From the NCBI GenBank assembly GCA_021613535.1, contig CP075496.1:8308001-8372000 (forward strand): a stretch of 64,000 bases of DNA, given 5' to 3'. Source of the stretch: Adineta vaga. Lineage: Eukaryota; Animalia; Rotifera. The translations under genes were made by a program, and so were the position numbers. Shown piece after piece: positions 1 through 14,894 of this stretch. The notes under the pieces were generated by a model. It saw nothing but the letters and a program-made list of their open reading frames with translations, did not search any database and was not told where the DNA came from. Numbering within the stretch: position 1 is the stretch's first letter; every line of letters starts with the position of its first letter.

Positions 1-2
1 AG

Positions 3-464
3 GAAAATAAAACACTGGAATTTCTCAGTCTTTCACACAATCATTTAGGTGATAGAGGTGCAAAATCTTTAGCAAATATACTATCTGTTGATACTTGTCA
101 TCTTAGTATACTTAGTCTTCATGGAACTAGACTTACTGATGAAGGTGTGCAATCTCTTTGTGATATGTTAAAGAAAAATACTAGTTTAACTTGGCTTCAC
201 ATTGGTCAAAATAAAATTAGTGATCAAGGAGTAAAACAATTAACCAATACATTAACAAATCATAATAATGTTCTGGAAGCACTTGATCTGTCAAAGAATA
301 AGTTAATTACTGATTCGAGTATTGATTATATTGATAAAATGTTCAAGGAAAATAACACCTTGAATACATTATGGATCAATCATTGTGATTTGTCATCGAA
401 AGGAAAAAATAGATTGGAGCATGTTGTTAACTCATACAAACATTATTTTGTTCTTACGGTGTAA
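3..464 (+). CDS. C-terminal part of a ribonuclease-inhibitor-type LRR protein (NLRC3/NLR-like LRR array), 5' truncated by the window
   Basis: The frame is open from base 3 (ENKTLEFLSLSHNHLGDRGAKSLANIL...) into ORF 147..464. It has ~28-aa repeats LxxLxLxxNxIxDxGxxxL. Confidence 0.85.
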   Translation, partial: ENKTLEFLSLSHNHLGDRGAKSLANILSVDTCHLSILSLHGTRLTDEGVQSLCDMLKKNTSLTWLHIGQNKISDQGVKQLTNTLTNHNNVLEALDLSKNKLITDSSIDYIDKMFKENNTLNTLWINHCDLSSKGKNRLEHVVNSYKHYFVLTV

Positions 465-568
465 ATAAATATTACTTATCTACTGTTTATTTTATTGAAA
501 CTTAAATAAGAATATTTTCTTTAATAAATATTTTTCATACGAATTGAAAAAGTACAATTTCTTTGAGA

Positions 569-2036
569 TCAATAAAGTGCACAAAGTACTTGTCCTCTAT
601 CTAAATTAGTGTTTCCTTCGAAAAGCATAGTTTTATCGTATGTTGAAACAATCTGTAAAGCATATACGTATGATGTATAAACTGTAGCCAAAGAACGAGA
701 CACGTATGTATTCCAATTTGATTGATTATTTGGGAAAATATTATTCACATAAATTGAACTACCCAGTGAAGTTTCTATACTAACCCAAAGACGATAAGTT
801 GGATATGCTTGAGCGATAATGATGATATCCGAAGCAAAGATTGGACTAATCAACAACCAACCTATTCCATTACATGCTGTTTGACTTGCTGAATATGTTG
901 TCAATGCTGAACTTATTAATTGTGTACAAACCCATTGAGACGAATATTGAATAAGGATATAACCTTGTGATTCACACGGAAGACATTTATTTGCAGTTTG
1001 AGACCAAAACCATAATGGCATTTGACAAGTACAAGTACCATCTATAAAAAATTATTTTTAAAAGAGATTATGACTTCCTCTCGTTGTTTTGTTTTTGTTC
1101 ATGAATTTAGAAACTTACTGATACAAGCAAGATTTAATGCTTGTGGACATTGACTATCACTGGTACAGTTATCATTATATGTGCCTTGATTAACACACGA
1201 GGATGTACTATTTGCACCATTCCCTATTACCCATGTTTGTCCTTCATAGCAATCACATGTATACAGTTGAGATTGCAGTGGACAATCACAAGCAGGATAG
1301 GGACCGGGTAAACGACAAAAAAGTCCAACTTGTGTATCACAACTCGAATTTAGTTCACAATAACCTGTATATGTTGATACTGGTTCACATCGAGCATAGG
1401 ACCAATATGTTCCCAAAGGACAGATACATACTTGTGTGCCTGGATCACATACAAGATCAAGTTGTGTGTTACATGTCGAAGTTATACATGAAGCATGAAA
1501 TAGCGCATAAGCTATTAATAATCATATTCTCAGAATTTCCTTTGTTTATTCTAATTTTACTTACTAGTACAGCCTGAAATTGTATAATGCGTATTCGAAG
1601 GACATTGACATGTTCCATTTCTATGACAAATAAGACCTTTATCAGTCGTACATTCTTCATTTCTTAAACATATTTCATTAAGTTTTTTAACTGTTGAACA
1701 TTTCTTTTGGTTATAATTCCAATAAGTTTGACTCGAACAAAGACATGTGAATACCGTTGGACTACATGTTAAACCTGTTCCTGATAAACATTGAACTTTT
1801 CCACTAGCACATGTTTCTAAATAGGATGCCGTTTGACGAAGACGAATAAGTCCAGCTATGAGCCAAGCAATTGTCAAGGAAATAAAAAGAATCAGAAAAA
1901 ACAGAATAATAAAACGACGAGGATGAGTTGAATGTTCATAGTGCAGAAATGTATATAAACGTTTGGAACGTGACCGTTCAGTAGTTCGTTTTATTTCAGT
2001 CAATCGAGTCAGAATGGTTATATCTGGTGATGCCAT
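569..2036 (-). CDS. Type II membrane protein with tandem Cys-rich EB-like modules and a degenerate C-type-lectin-like C-terminus (3 exons)
   Basis: N-terminal TM (FIILFFLILFISLTIAWLIAGLI) is followed by repeated C-x-C-x-GLxC-x-CxC-x-YW-x-C units across ORFs 1557..2036, 1099..1416 and 569..1021. Two GT-AG introns join them in frame. The tail has YSASQTAC...LWVS. Confidence 0.7.
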
Positions 2037-2264
2037 TGATGAGGATTTTAATCAAATGAAACAAATCAATGGTTTCTTTTTGTTCGTTTTATATTTGTTT
2101 AGGATGCAAATAATAATGAGAAAATGAGAGAGAGAGAAACTTTTACAAATAAATTTCTCTTGTTTTTTCTTTATGTTGATACTAAGCAATTTATTTTTTA
2201 TTATTGGAATGAAATTAGAATTACTATCAAAACTAAGAATTAAAATTTTATAACATAAAAATAT

Positions 2265-5080
2265 TTAGAAAAAATTTTCAAGTATAATTTCAAATGCTCG
2301 TGGTTCATAACGAATGTATTTATCACGATTTTTCGTAAAATCTTTATGTGCAAATTTATTATAATACCGTGTATATAAACCGACGATTGCATCTTTACCT
2401 TCATGTCGTAAACGATCACGTAAATCAACATCACTAACAATGAATTGATTACATTGTTGTCGAATTGAATCGATTGCTGAATTGACTGCAGCAAAACTTT
2501 CTTTCAATTGTTCACGATCACGATCACGTAACTAGTTAGATTATATACATAAAAATCAGGAATAATTTCGAAAGGAACAAACAAACTTTTCCATCAGGTA
2601 TATGATTGTTATTATCATATTCAAGCATTTGTTGAATAGCAATTACTAATGGACCATAACTAGAAAAAAAGATACCAAAGATAAATGTATATATATTTAG
2701 TATTGATTATGTCTTTCGTTCTTTTTGTCGAAACAAACATCTATCATACCATTTGGAATAATCTTTTAAACTAGTTTGAAAATCAGATTCATATTTAGAT
2801 TTGAGATCTGGTTGACATCGTTGTATAATAGCCAGAAGTGGTGAACTAAAAAATCATTGTTATCAAAAGTAAAATTCGTTCATTTCATTCTTCAAAAAAA
2901 ATGATACATACTTTTCAAGTCGTTTAAGTAAATAATTAACATTATTAAGCAGAAATATCGCTCGCATGGTGTTATCATTACGTGCCGCATAGTCATCACT
3001 TTTCTTTGATAAACTCACATGTAGAGCTCGAACAAGTAGAGCTAAACAAATCAATTTCAGTTAAATCAATCATTTCCTCGCCAAAAATATACATACCAAA
3101 ATAAGTTCCCAAATCATAGAGACCTTTTTCTGTTCCTGATGCACCTCCACTACTAGCACCTAGAAAACTTTGAGTCATGAACATTTAATAGGGATTCTCG
3201 TATTCAACATACGTTGTTGTTGTTGTTGTTGTTCAACATAAAGTGAAGCAATAATGGTTGCTGTATCTTCATATAACAATAAACCTTCCATGAATGCCAA
3301 TACATGTGATGTTAATGGATGAACATTTCCACCTTGACTTCGTGCTGATGAATCTGTTGTAATTTCTTCTAATACTACTCGAAGACATGTCACTGCCTAA
3401 ACATAAAAATGATTTCTCTTTTTGAAAATAATTCATTAAATCTGTACTGATTTTTCAAATGTTGCTGAAAGTGTTGTAAACTGTTGTCGACGTGTCACAT
3501 CACTCTCCTTAAATAAATCATCGATATTGGAAAATTTCTTTTCATATAAATAAACTAACTTGATAGAGTTTAGCAAATATTGGTCTTGATCTTAGGAACC
3601 ATCTTAAAATTGAGAAAATTCCATAAATTGCAAATTTGCCTGTGTCTAATTTTCGTGGTAATCGTTCAATTGATCCACATAGACGTTGAGCTTCTTCACG
3701 CATATAGACTAATGGTAGTTCAATTAATTTCGTAAAAACTAATGATTGCAAGTCATTTACAAAAACATAATTCAATAAATCACGATCACGTTGTAAAAGA
3801 ACAATAAATGCATCAAGTAATAATTTATAATTATTCGTTTCACGATCATCATTGGAATCAAAAACATTGCTTTCTTCGATAGTTGTTGCTGATGATGAAA
3901 GAGGAGAATTTGTTCCACGAGATCCACTATTATTCGAAGATGAACGCATGAAACGACGGCTCATATCACTAAATTTATATTGAGAAGATTCTTATGTTAT
4001 ATTCGTATGTATACCTGATTTTAGTGCCTTGTCGTTTCAGTGTATCGCTACTATGTGTAGTCTTTTGAGATAAACTTGGACTGGAACTAACAACAATTGA
4101 CGGACGTCGCACGGATGTTTTACCTAAATGTTCTGCTAGGCTAAATTTAATGATAAACAAACAAAATTTATTAGAATGTATGAAGGAAATTTTTATTGAA
4201 TTATTACAGTTGAAGAGATCGTCGAATCATTGTACCTCGTTTAGTTGCATAAGAATCAATAAGACCTTGTCGAAAACCATGTGAATTAAACCATTCGATG
4301 ATAGTTCGTAATGCACCCATATCTTCTTCTGAAAACAAAAACAGCATTAGTTTACATATCTATAATGTTCTTCAAAAATTACCTTGCATTGCATGAATAT
4401 CTGTTGTATTCTTTGAAGATGTTTCTAATAATTCAAGTAATTCCTTTGGTGATAATGCATTAGCATATCTCAATATTAATTTATCTGTTTCTTCAACTAG
4501 ACGTTGTCTTCCAAGATCAAATAAATGTAAAACTCGTTCACGTTCACGTACAGCTTGTGTACGTTTAAAATATTTCACTGCATCTTCAAGACGATCTAAT
4601 TCTGCTAAGTAATCTGTTAAATTTCCACCTGGACCAGAGGAAACCGTCGGTGTTAATTCACCACAAATATCATAATAATGAAGTACAGAATCAACTAATG
4701 ATAAACTTTGATCAACATTATGTAAGAGTAAACCTAATTCATTAGTAGCTTCATAAACAGGTGTAACTAATTCATCGAGTGATTGAAGTTTTCGTTCAAA
4801 ATTATCCAATGTGGACACCATACCACTTGTTAATATGTTAGAACGGGTTAAAGATTCTTGCAATAATGCTAACCGACGTTTCTCCTGAGAAAGAAACAAA
4901 TATATTATTTCATCATACGATAAATTAAATGATAAGATAGTCTTTCGGAATGAATAAAACAAACTCAAAATTACTTATTCTATATGTTCATTCGATTCTT
5001 CCTATTAAAATCTTTCTCACCTCTTGTAGTTTTACTTCTGACGATCTGGTATTCGTTTTCGTATCTGATCCAACCGTCAT
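2265..5080 (-). CDS. EXOC7: Exocyst complex component 7 (Exo70), multi-exon
   Basis: Motifs include MVSTLDNFERKLQSLDELVTPVY, GGNVHPLTSHVLAFME, AIFLLNNVNYLLKRL and YNKFAHKDFTKNRDKYIRY. The first exon MTVGSDTKTNTRSSEVKLQE starts at 5080. Confidence 0.92.
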
Positions 5081-5266
5081 CTTTGATTTCTACGTAAAAC
5101 AATCTGAAAAAAGAATTCATTGTTGCGTTAAACGACAAGTTAATGTATGTATATTTATATATATATGTATAAACCAAATATATCTTACAAAAAAAAGAGC
5201 GACAGAGAGAAACATCAATCAGATCATAGAATCATGCAGAAGAAAAAGAAAAATTGATTGTATTAT

Positions 5267-6189
<923 letters not shown>

Positions 6190-6211
6190 TTTATTTGATG
6201 AGACAAAAACC

Positions 6212-6217
<6 letters not shown>

Positions 6218-6247
<30 letters not shown>

Positions 6248-6259
6248 GAGAGAGAGAGA
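6218..6259. repeat. Compound (GACA)n-(GA)n microsatellite just upstream of the RAC1 start
   Basis: gacagacagacagacagacagacagacagagagagagagaga read directly. Confidence 0.9.
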
Positions 6260-7756
6260 AATGGAATCTTTTATTTTTCTTATCTATACGTTCTTTATTA
6301 ACTCTGAAGATACTAGTATCATCATGGCATCTAGAAAAGAAAAACTTTACATTTCCGGACAGATTGAATGTGTAAGAAAAAATAATAATATCGGTGAATT
6401 GAAGCAAACAAAGAAAAGAAAGAAAAAACGTGAATGATTCATCTTAATAGGCATTTTATTCATTTAAAAAATACAATAATGGACTGAAAGAATAACCACT
6501 CAAGATGAAGACAGAGGTCGCATCTTTAAAAAAAATAAATTTTTACTCCCACATGGATGAATGATTATGTCCACATTATTCATTATATATGATTAGTTTA
6601 TGTGCAGAAATTTGATCGTTGATATAATAAGAGTTTAATTTCTTTTCATGTATTCTATTTTATTAAATCTCGTAAAGAAAGAATATGAAAAACAATATTT
6701 TTTCTTCTCTTATTTGAATATAAAGACATTGAATGATGTTCGTACGTATTCATTAATGACATCAGAATATTTACCCATAGCTACATCAGTACACCTAGAC
6801 AGAATAAAAACAACTTCAAATGAATCAAAATGAAATTATGTTTGTACCTAGAGGAGAAATTGGTACTTGACGACTATTTTTTTGTAAGTATATCAAGCTT
6901 GATAGTACGGCTTACAATATATCTATAGTATCACAAACTACAATAAGAAATCATGCATGTCTTCTAGCAACAAATAAAGAAATGTAGAGTATGATCAATT
7001 TTTGATTTTGAATAAGACGATGCATCTAAAATACCTTAACAACAAAACATAGCAACAAATGATCTTTCATTGATAGACGAGAAAAATAAAACTATTTAAA
7101 ATATGCTTTAGATGTTTGATTTTTATTTCATCTTTAGTTTTCATACAGGATGACTCGCTCAATCAAGTAATTAAATACTAAAAAGAAACTGTTCAATAAT
7201 TTATAGAGTAAGACTATAAGCATTGTTGATACTTTACAATATTCGAGATAAAACCAGCAGTTCTCAAACTAATTTTTCTCTATATACATGTATGTATAGA
7301 GTGATATATATATCATGATGCGATGTATTGTTATTTTCTTTCCTTTTCTTTCAGCTCCATAGATGATAAATGTGAGAAACTATATATATCTGTTGTATTT
7401 TCCTTCGTCTTCACATAAACGTTGTCTCGTAATGTTATATATACAATATTTGTTTAGGATTGCTTCTGCCGATATTTTTTGATTTTTATTCTGCCATGTT
7501 CTCTGTCCTTTTTCACAAATTTTAACTGTCGTAAAAAATAAGAGAACGTTTGGGAAACAGTTAGGTTGATACATTAAATATAGCATACATGATAAGAATG
7601 TGCTGTCGAGACCGAGTAAGGTAAGAAGTAAGAATGCTAGTAAGCATCCAATATTATGTGCACGAATTTTGTTTTCAAATTCAAAGAACTGTTCTGTTCT
7701 GTTCTGTAGATGTCACAATTATATCATTCAGTGATCGGTGAAATAAAAATATCCAA

Positions 7757-9904
7757 TGAGTGACTCTTCTGTCATAAACAGTAATCATAATCATGTCGTC
7801 CCATTTAATCTATTATTAGTGGAGCATTTGATTGTTTCTTTCAGCTAGAACAATAATGACAAGGACTCCTTATTTTCGTTGTTCCTGTCTACCAACTATG
7901 TCATTTGTTCAACGATTTGGTTCGGCTTTATTCTATGGTGCTTGTTCAGGTTTAATTACAATTGTTAACAAAGTTGTACTCACAACCTACGGGTATGTTT
8001 TTTTTTATTGGATTTAGTTTTTCGGTTTCTCTCTAGCAGTTTCATGCCCCTATTATAAAACAGGTTTCCCTCATTTCAACTGCTTGGTATCGGACAGGTA
8101 GGTCATAATCTTGACATAAAGGATAACTTCTAGTTCACTACCTGCATGATGTGTTAACTTCTATCATTAACTTCTAACATTTCATTCTTCTATGAATATA
8201 TTTAACATTTATTTTTATTCTTCATTTCTCTTCTGCTCTAGTTAACAGCGACTGTGCTTATCTTATATGTAGCACGTTCATTCGATCTTGTTCGATTTCC
8301 TGAATTTTCCGAAAATATTGTTCATAAAGTTTGTATAATTGTCTTCTTTTTTCGAATAACTTCTTCTTTTCTTTCTTGCGTAGATCATGCCATTACCAAT
8401 ATTCTTCTTTGGTAATTTATTCTTTGGTCTCGCCAGTACACAAGCCATTAGGTAAACTTCTTTTTTTTATGATAATAATTATATCATTTTCTTCTGATTG
8501 ATGATTAGTTTGCCAATGTTTACTGTTCTACGTCGTTTTTCTATTTGGTTGACAATGATTGGTGAACAATTAATACTTCGGTATATGTTCATCATTAGTA
8601 TCATTAATTTTTTAAGTTGTTTTCATTTTTTTATAAGGCAAAGACAACCTTTAACTGCTCAAGCAAGTGTTTATTTGATGTTAGTTGGTGCTGTGATCGC
8701 TGCAAGTGATGATTTAACATTTAGTTGGTTTGGTTATCTTTTTCTTCTTATGAATAATTTTTCAACAGCTGCCCAAGGAGTTGTTATTAAACGAAAATTA
8801 GTGAATAAAGTAAATAGAAAAAGTTTTATACAGAGGAAAATAATGTATTAAAAATTTGATTCATTTTCGTAGGAATTCAATCAAAATGGTCTTTTATTTT
8901 ATAATTCATTTGTTATTCTCGGACCAGCTATTGTTCTAATTATATTCACTGAGGATCTTACTAAAGTAAATGAAATTTAAATAATATATTTATATATATA
9001 TATATATATGTTAAAGGTTTGGAATTATGATCGTTATTTTGATATTGGTTTTATAACTGCATTTGTTCTTTCATCATTAATGGGATTTCTACTGAATTAT
9101 TCAACCATGCTCTGTACAAGTTATAATTCTCCTTTAACGACTACAGTTGTTGGTGCTTGTAAAGTAAGTTTAATCAATTTTCTCGAGTTATTCTTTAGAA
9201 ATCATTTGTTTGTCAAAAATCTAGAATATGTTTGTGACATATTTGGGTATGTTAGTTGGCGGTGATTATATTTATTCTCATGTGAACTTTATTGGTCTCA
9301 ATATCAGGTAGGAGAAGTTTCTTTGATTCTCTTCAGATAGATGGACTTATTAGGTTTATCTAAATTGTGAATGTTTAGTAGTAAGAAACAAAAACACTTG
9401 ATTTGATTGATGAAATCGTGTTTATTAAGAAATGAAAGTTTTCATCTTAAAAAACAAAATAGGCTTGGAAGACCTTGAAATGTTTCGATTCAAGGTAGAC
9501 AGTAAAACATGTAAACTTTCTTTTTTCTCATCTCAATCTTGTTATTCTTCTATGATGAAAGAATAAATTAAAGTGAAGTTTTTCTATTCGACAATATAAA
9601 TATATGTCTCTCATTTATCTAGGAGAAATATTCTTTCTAATGTCTATTGATTGAATGCTTGAGATAATATGAAAATTATTAATTACTATTCTTTTCCCTT
9701 TTTCATGCAAATCGAATACGAACAGATTTTGTTAAATGAAAAGATATGCTTCTAAAAATAGGTTAAATTTATTATTCTAGTATTATCGGCAGTCTTATTT
9801 ATTCTTGGGTGACATTTACTCGAAAGTCACCAGCAACATCTCATACAAGTATTTCATCAACTGGAACATTAGAGAATCGAAAAGACATTCACAGTACAAT
9901 TTAA
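7757..9904 (+). CDS. SLC35D: SLC35D-family UDP-sugar transporter (fringe connection/sqv-7 like), multi-exon; start codon uncertain (7757, 7857 or 7898)
   Basis: Motifs include [75 protein letters not shown] and GGDYIYS..NFIGLNISIIGSLIYSW. Confidence 0.92.
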
Positions 9905-10946
9905 TTAAAAAATAATGATAAATTGAATTTTGGAATTTTTTACGCGTTTTGTTTTTCTCTTATTAATGACAACTGATATGACACATCTAAGAGTATTATT
10001 ATTCGTTTATTCTAATGATTGTTAATTTGATAACTTTTTTTTATAGATTCTGTAGCAATAGATCTACGTTAATCATTTTTTTGTATATTCTTTTCGTTGT
10101 TTTTTCTCAACGCAATAATCTCTCGTTTTCTTCTTTGTATTTATATTATATTGTTATATGTACCTCATGTTTGTTGATAGTGTTCTTGTGAGAATATCTT
10201 CTTCAGTATTACATGACAATGAAACGTACATATTTCTATGTACTAATACTTCGATACACATGAGGCACAAAAAATGTGATCGATCGACTTTTTTGTTTTT
10301 CTAATATATTTTTTAGATGGTCTCTTTTTCTATTACATGACTTTTATAACATTTGTTATTCTCTTTCTTTTCTCATTTGTGAATAATAGATAAATAAACG
10401 AACAAATCCACAGGAAATACATTGTAAGACAGAGATGCATACATAATAACGAATTGAATGATTACGATGAAGATTATATATGTCCTTGGTATGACTATTT
10501 TTTCATATAATTTCAAAGTGTCATCAATGTACTATTTCTCTATTTATTTGGACGATAAAAACTCATTTATATTTGTCGACGAACGGATTGTTTATCGAAA
10601 GAAATGTCATTATTCTTCTTCTAGACATTGCATAATAAGTCATTCTACCGTACATTCTATCATCGTATTGAATTGTATAGAGAAAATTGAAGATATACTT
10701 TACTATTTATTGATTCGAGACGATAGTCGTAATAGTCTACTTTTAGTTACCAGCGAAAAGAAATTCAATTAGATAAAACAATCTGAATAAAAATGTAATA
10801 ACAATGCGATCGAAAGTTTATTTTAGTATTTGAACACGGAAATATTTAATTAAGAGATTCAATATGCTCGAAAAGATGTAAATATGAAGAAATAAACTGG
10901 AATAGAAAAGCTCTGTTTTTTCATTCACAACGTTGAGTCGAGATCG

Positions 10947-12171
10947 ATGGCAATGCTCATTGGTTTTTGTAAGTAACAAGTTTTTTTTCCATTAAACAAT
11001 GATCTTTAGATGAAAGCTATTTTAATTAATATGAGAAGTTAAAACTGCCACATTACTTCAAATTGAGAATGAATTTCATTTCTTAATACAAAAGTATTTT
11101 ATTGAACGGATAAGGAGTATACATGGTTTCTTTCATATAGATATTTTAATGGGATTTATACTCTCAACACATGGAAACACAACACCAAGTACATTACCGA
11201 GCACATTCATGAATTATGCTGTTGAATATGAAGATATCGATCCTTATAGTTGTTCGCCGACAACAACAGTTATCGTTCCAGGCGATACAACTACAATATG
11301 CTTAACTACAACTCAAGAGGCAACGACAGCCGACTTAACTACGGAAACGACGACTTCTACGTCGACAACGTCGAGTTCCACATCCACAACATCGACTTCT
11401 ACGTCCACAACATCGAGTTCCACGTCTGCAACGTCGACTTCTACGACCACATCAATGGTATCATCAGGTGGATCATCATTCATTGCTCCAATATGTGCAA
11501 ATCAAACTCTTGGTCTATCGTGTAATATCTCTTCTGATCCTTGTACGATGCTACAACCATGTTTAAATTCAGCAACATGCTATCAAAATATAAGTGTAAC
11601 ACTTGGCTATGTATGTAAATGCCAAACCGATTTTTCTGGTGTCAACTGTGAAATTGATAATGGTACATGTGGTTCAAATTCTATCTGTCTCAATGGTGGT
11701 TCATGTAACTCGACAGTCAATGAAACAACTTGCAAATGTCCTCAAGGTAAAACAGGTACTCATTGTGAATATGAAATTGATGTATGTACAAATGTCAGTT
11801 GTCAAAATAGTGGTCAATGTATTTCCAAATATGGGAATTGGTCATGTTTATGTACAAATTCACATTTATATTCCGGTACTTATTGTGAACATAAATCATC
11901 GGGTTTACGTACTAAAGAAATTGTTTCACGTTCCTTTGCATGTGTAGCAATCGGTTGTCTTGCAACAGTTGTTAGTTTTATTATTATTATGGATATATTA
12001 AAGTATGGTTTCAAAATTAATCCAGTTGGTTCCGAAACAGAAACATGGAGAGCAAAGAAAGAACATCAATATCGTGAAGCACGACGACGACGACGAGGTT
12101 TAAAAAAAAAAGAATTCAATAATCCAAAATCACCTGTTGTAGCTCTACGATTTAATTACATAAATGCCTGA
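10947..12171 (+). CDS. Type I membrane protein: signal peptide, Thr/Ser mucin-like stalk, three full EGF repeats, TM and basic tail
   Basis: A short exon 1 (ATG 10947, MAMLIGF|gtaag) splices to ORF 11149..12171. EGF Cys patterns are CLNSATC..CKC..FSGVNCE, CLNGGSC..CKC..GTHCE and CQNSGQC..CLC..GTYCE. TM is SFACVAIGCLATVVSFIIIM. Confidence 0.85.
11350..11454 (+). repeat. Coding tandem repeat, 5 x 21 nt (alternating STSTSTT/SSSTSTT)
   Basis: Units are acgacttctacgtcgacaacg / tcgagttccacatccacaaca / tcgacttctacgtccacaaca / tcgagttccacgtctgcaacg / tcgacttctacgaccacatca. Confidence 0.85.
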
Positions 12172-13783
12172 TGAACATAATGACTTTTTCCGTATCGAAT
12201 AAAAATTCGAAATTCTTAAATATAATTCACTAATCCTTATTTATTCTATTTCAAACAAATAAATAAAAAAAACTTCTTCGCCATAGTTTTACATGTATAT
12301 AAGCGTATTGTATTTGAAGATTGTTTGTTATGAAGATCGATCTATAGAAACTGAGACAACTAAGGGAATATTCCATGAATATTCTTTTCAAGTTAAAAAA
12401 CATAAGTTTTCTGAAAAAAATGAATGATTCTATATTCAACAAACATCGTTGCTATGCATTCTTTACTTTTATCGTTTATTAATAGTGTAATGTGAGATAT
12501 TGTTTTCAGTATCGATGTCTTGTTAGTGAATCAATCATAAAACTAACTCTATTTGTTTTCATTTTTTACTAAATTGCCTATTTCTTTCAGGTACATACTT
12601 TTGCATGTTGAATCGCATTGGTCTTCATGTTCCTAATGATCGAACGTATTCATTTGCGCTTTGTGAATTCAAATTGTTTCTATACACAAGAAATATATAA
12701 ATTAATATTTCGTAATTTCGATCAAACGATGGAAGTGTTTAATATGCATTCGTATCGATTACTTCCAGATCTTTTTGCTATTGTATCTACTAGAAATGAT
12801 TCTAGCATATCGTTTACGAAATCAGATGAAAATTCACAAGCTATATATGATATAGAAAAAAACATGATATCGATTCTTTTCGAAAATATCTCATTTTGAG
12901 CAGACTATGTTTTCCTGTTCAGTTATCATACGATTAAATCATAGAATAAATTGATCTTTATCATCACAAAGCCATTAACAAAATCAATTCGTTTCATCGT
13001 CATCGAGTTGCGAAACATGTCGAATTAAATTCTTTTGATAAAGTAATCTCCTCGTGGAAATCAATCATCATATTGAATAATAGATAAAATTGATTTGTAT
13101 GACAAAACCAAAGTAGAAATGTCGATCGTTTTGTGTTGTGGATAACGAACACAATACTTGACATTTTCATACTCTCACATGCTTGAACATACTGGCCTTT
13201 GTTAAATAAATAAAACAAACTGTTCATCGTAATAAATAACAGACATTCTGATATGATTATTGACTTCTTCATCATAGCATGAAATCAACTAATTGTTTGA
13301 TCTTTAATTAGTTGTCTATCATTCTAGATTTAATTATTTCCTTGATGAAGACACGGAAATGACCGAAGGGTGCTTTGTTTTTATCTCTTTGATAGTGAAC
13401 ATTTATTCTATCCGTTGTGGTTAATCCATATGAATCTCAATCCTCTCTTTTATTAATTGGTCAACAACATCAACATAGTGTGCACAATGGCTTAGATTGA
13501 AGCAAAAGAGAAGAGAGAAGAAAAAGAGAAAAAGAATGAGTTTCACCTTTCCCTTTTTGCACACTGTTGTTCTTATCTACATACGTAGCGTCGTCGTCCA
13601 AGGTGAACGAACAACAAGGAAAAACGACTCGTTCTAATTGCAATAGAAAAGAAGTGGAAGAATATTGTTTGACTTCACCGTCATCCATCCGTCCGCCATC
13701 ACTACTTGACATTTGTGACAATTGGTCAGCGTTCTATTATTTGACTTTTTCGTTTCCTTCAAATTCAATCCGATTAGAAAACG

Positions 13784-14845
13784 ATGGCATGCTGTTCATG
13801 TGCGAGATATTTTCTTTTATTCTTCAATTTAATTATTTGGGTAAAACGATCTTACTATCTTTTCATTCCTGATTTTTATTTGTTTAGCTATCAGGTGGTG
13901 TTTTCCTCAGTTGCGGAATCCTAGTGCTATATAAACGAGATTTACATGAATTATTTGCACTTCTATCATATGATTCACGTCTTGTACCATCCTTTCTTAA
14001 TGTTGGTTATGTATTAATTGGTGTAGGTGCACTTGTCTTTATTGTTGGTTTACTTGGTTGTTGTGGTTCAGTAACAGAATCTCGTCTTTTACTTGGACTC
14101 GTAAGTAATTCATTATTTTAGCATAAGAATCGACGGAAAATTTCTTTTGTTATAATATTAGTATGTATTTTTTATTATACTTGTCATGGGTGGAGAACTT
14201 GTAGTAGCAATGTACACGGTACTATTAGGTGATGAATGGGATACAAAATTACCAGATACTCTAAAACGACGTCTTCTAACCTATAATTATTCAGTACCAG
14301 AAAGATTTGAATACGATTTGGATATTGTTCATAAACAGGTATGGATACAGATCTCGTAATGATGAATCTCACGAGGAAAACCTACCAGACTAAGTCATAT
14401 GTAGTATATATGAATGTCTAGTTAGTTGTTTTGTTTATTTCTTGAGACGAGAAATAGATTATATCTTTTTCTATTCTTAATGAAAAGAAATATTTCTTTA
14501 GTTCGCTTGTTGTGGTATTTTTGGACCATCAGATTTTTATGCAAATACGGATTATAAAATCTTTGGTAATCGTCTTCCTCCATCATGTTGTAGTCGTTTA
14601 TTAAATGGTGTTTGTATCGAAGCTGATTCATATCGGTTAGGATGTTTTCAAACTATCAATGAATATGTACAACTTTATTTACGATTAATTGTCGCTGTTG
14701 GTATTGGTATTGCTTTACTAGAAGTAAAAATTTACTTTTCAATTGTTTTGAATTAAAATGCCTTTCTTTTAATATTTAGTTAACAGCATTGATTATGGCT
14801 GTCTGTGCTTGTCGAAATACGAAAGATGAAGATGGATTTGATTAA
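13784..14845 (+). CDS. Tetraspanin (6-Cys large extracellular loop)
   Basis: Starts MACCSCARYFLLFFNLIIW, then GLLGCCGSVTESRLLL. The LEL is FACCG...LPPSCC...C...YRLGC, followed by TM4 and the tail CACRNTKDEDGFD*. Confidence 0.93.
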
Positions 14846-14894
14846 TATAAAGAAACTTTGACGAAATAAATAAATATATCTGGTTAAATAAAAC

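Noticed and set aside
1203-1577. Antisense or alternate-frame ORFs over real genes (also 11250..11947, 21099..21484, 52089..52808)
   Set aside because: These are shadows of codon bias in genuine coding exons with no independent protein signal.
11350-11454. Regular 21-nt repeats as a CRISPR-like array
   Set aside because: There are no unique spacers; the repeats are head-to-tail and encode a Thr/Ser mucin stalk in a eukaryotic gene.
12400-13400. ORFs 12618..12899 (+) and 13000..13275 (-) as a gene or pseudogene
   Set aside because: No recognisable motif or consistent exon chain. It could be a decayed gene, but that cannot be supported from the sequence.
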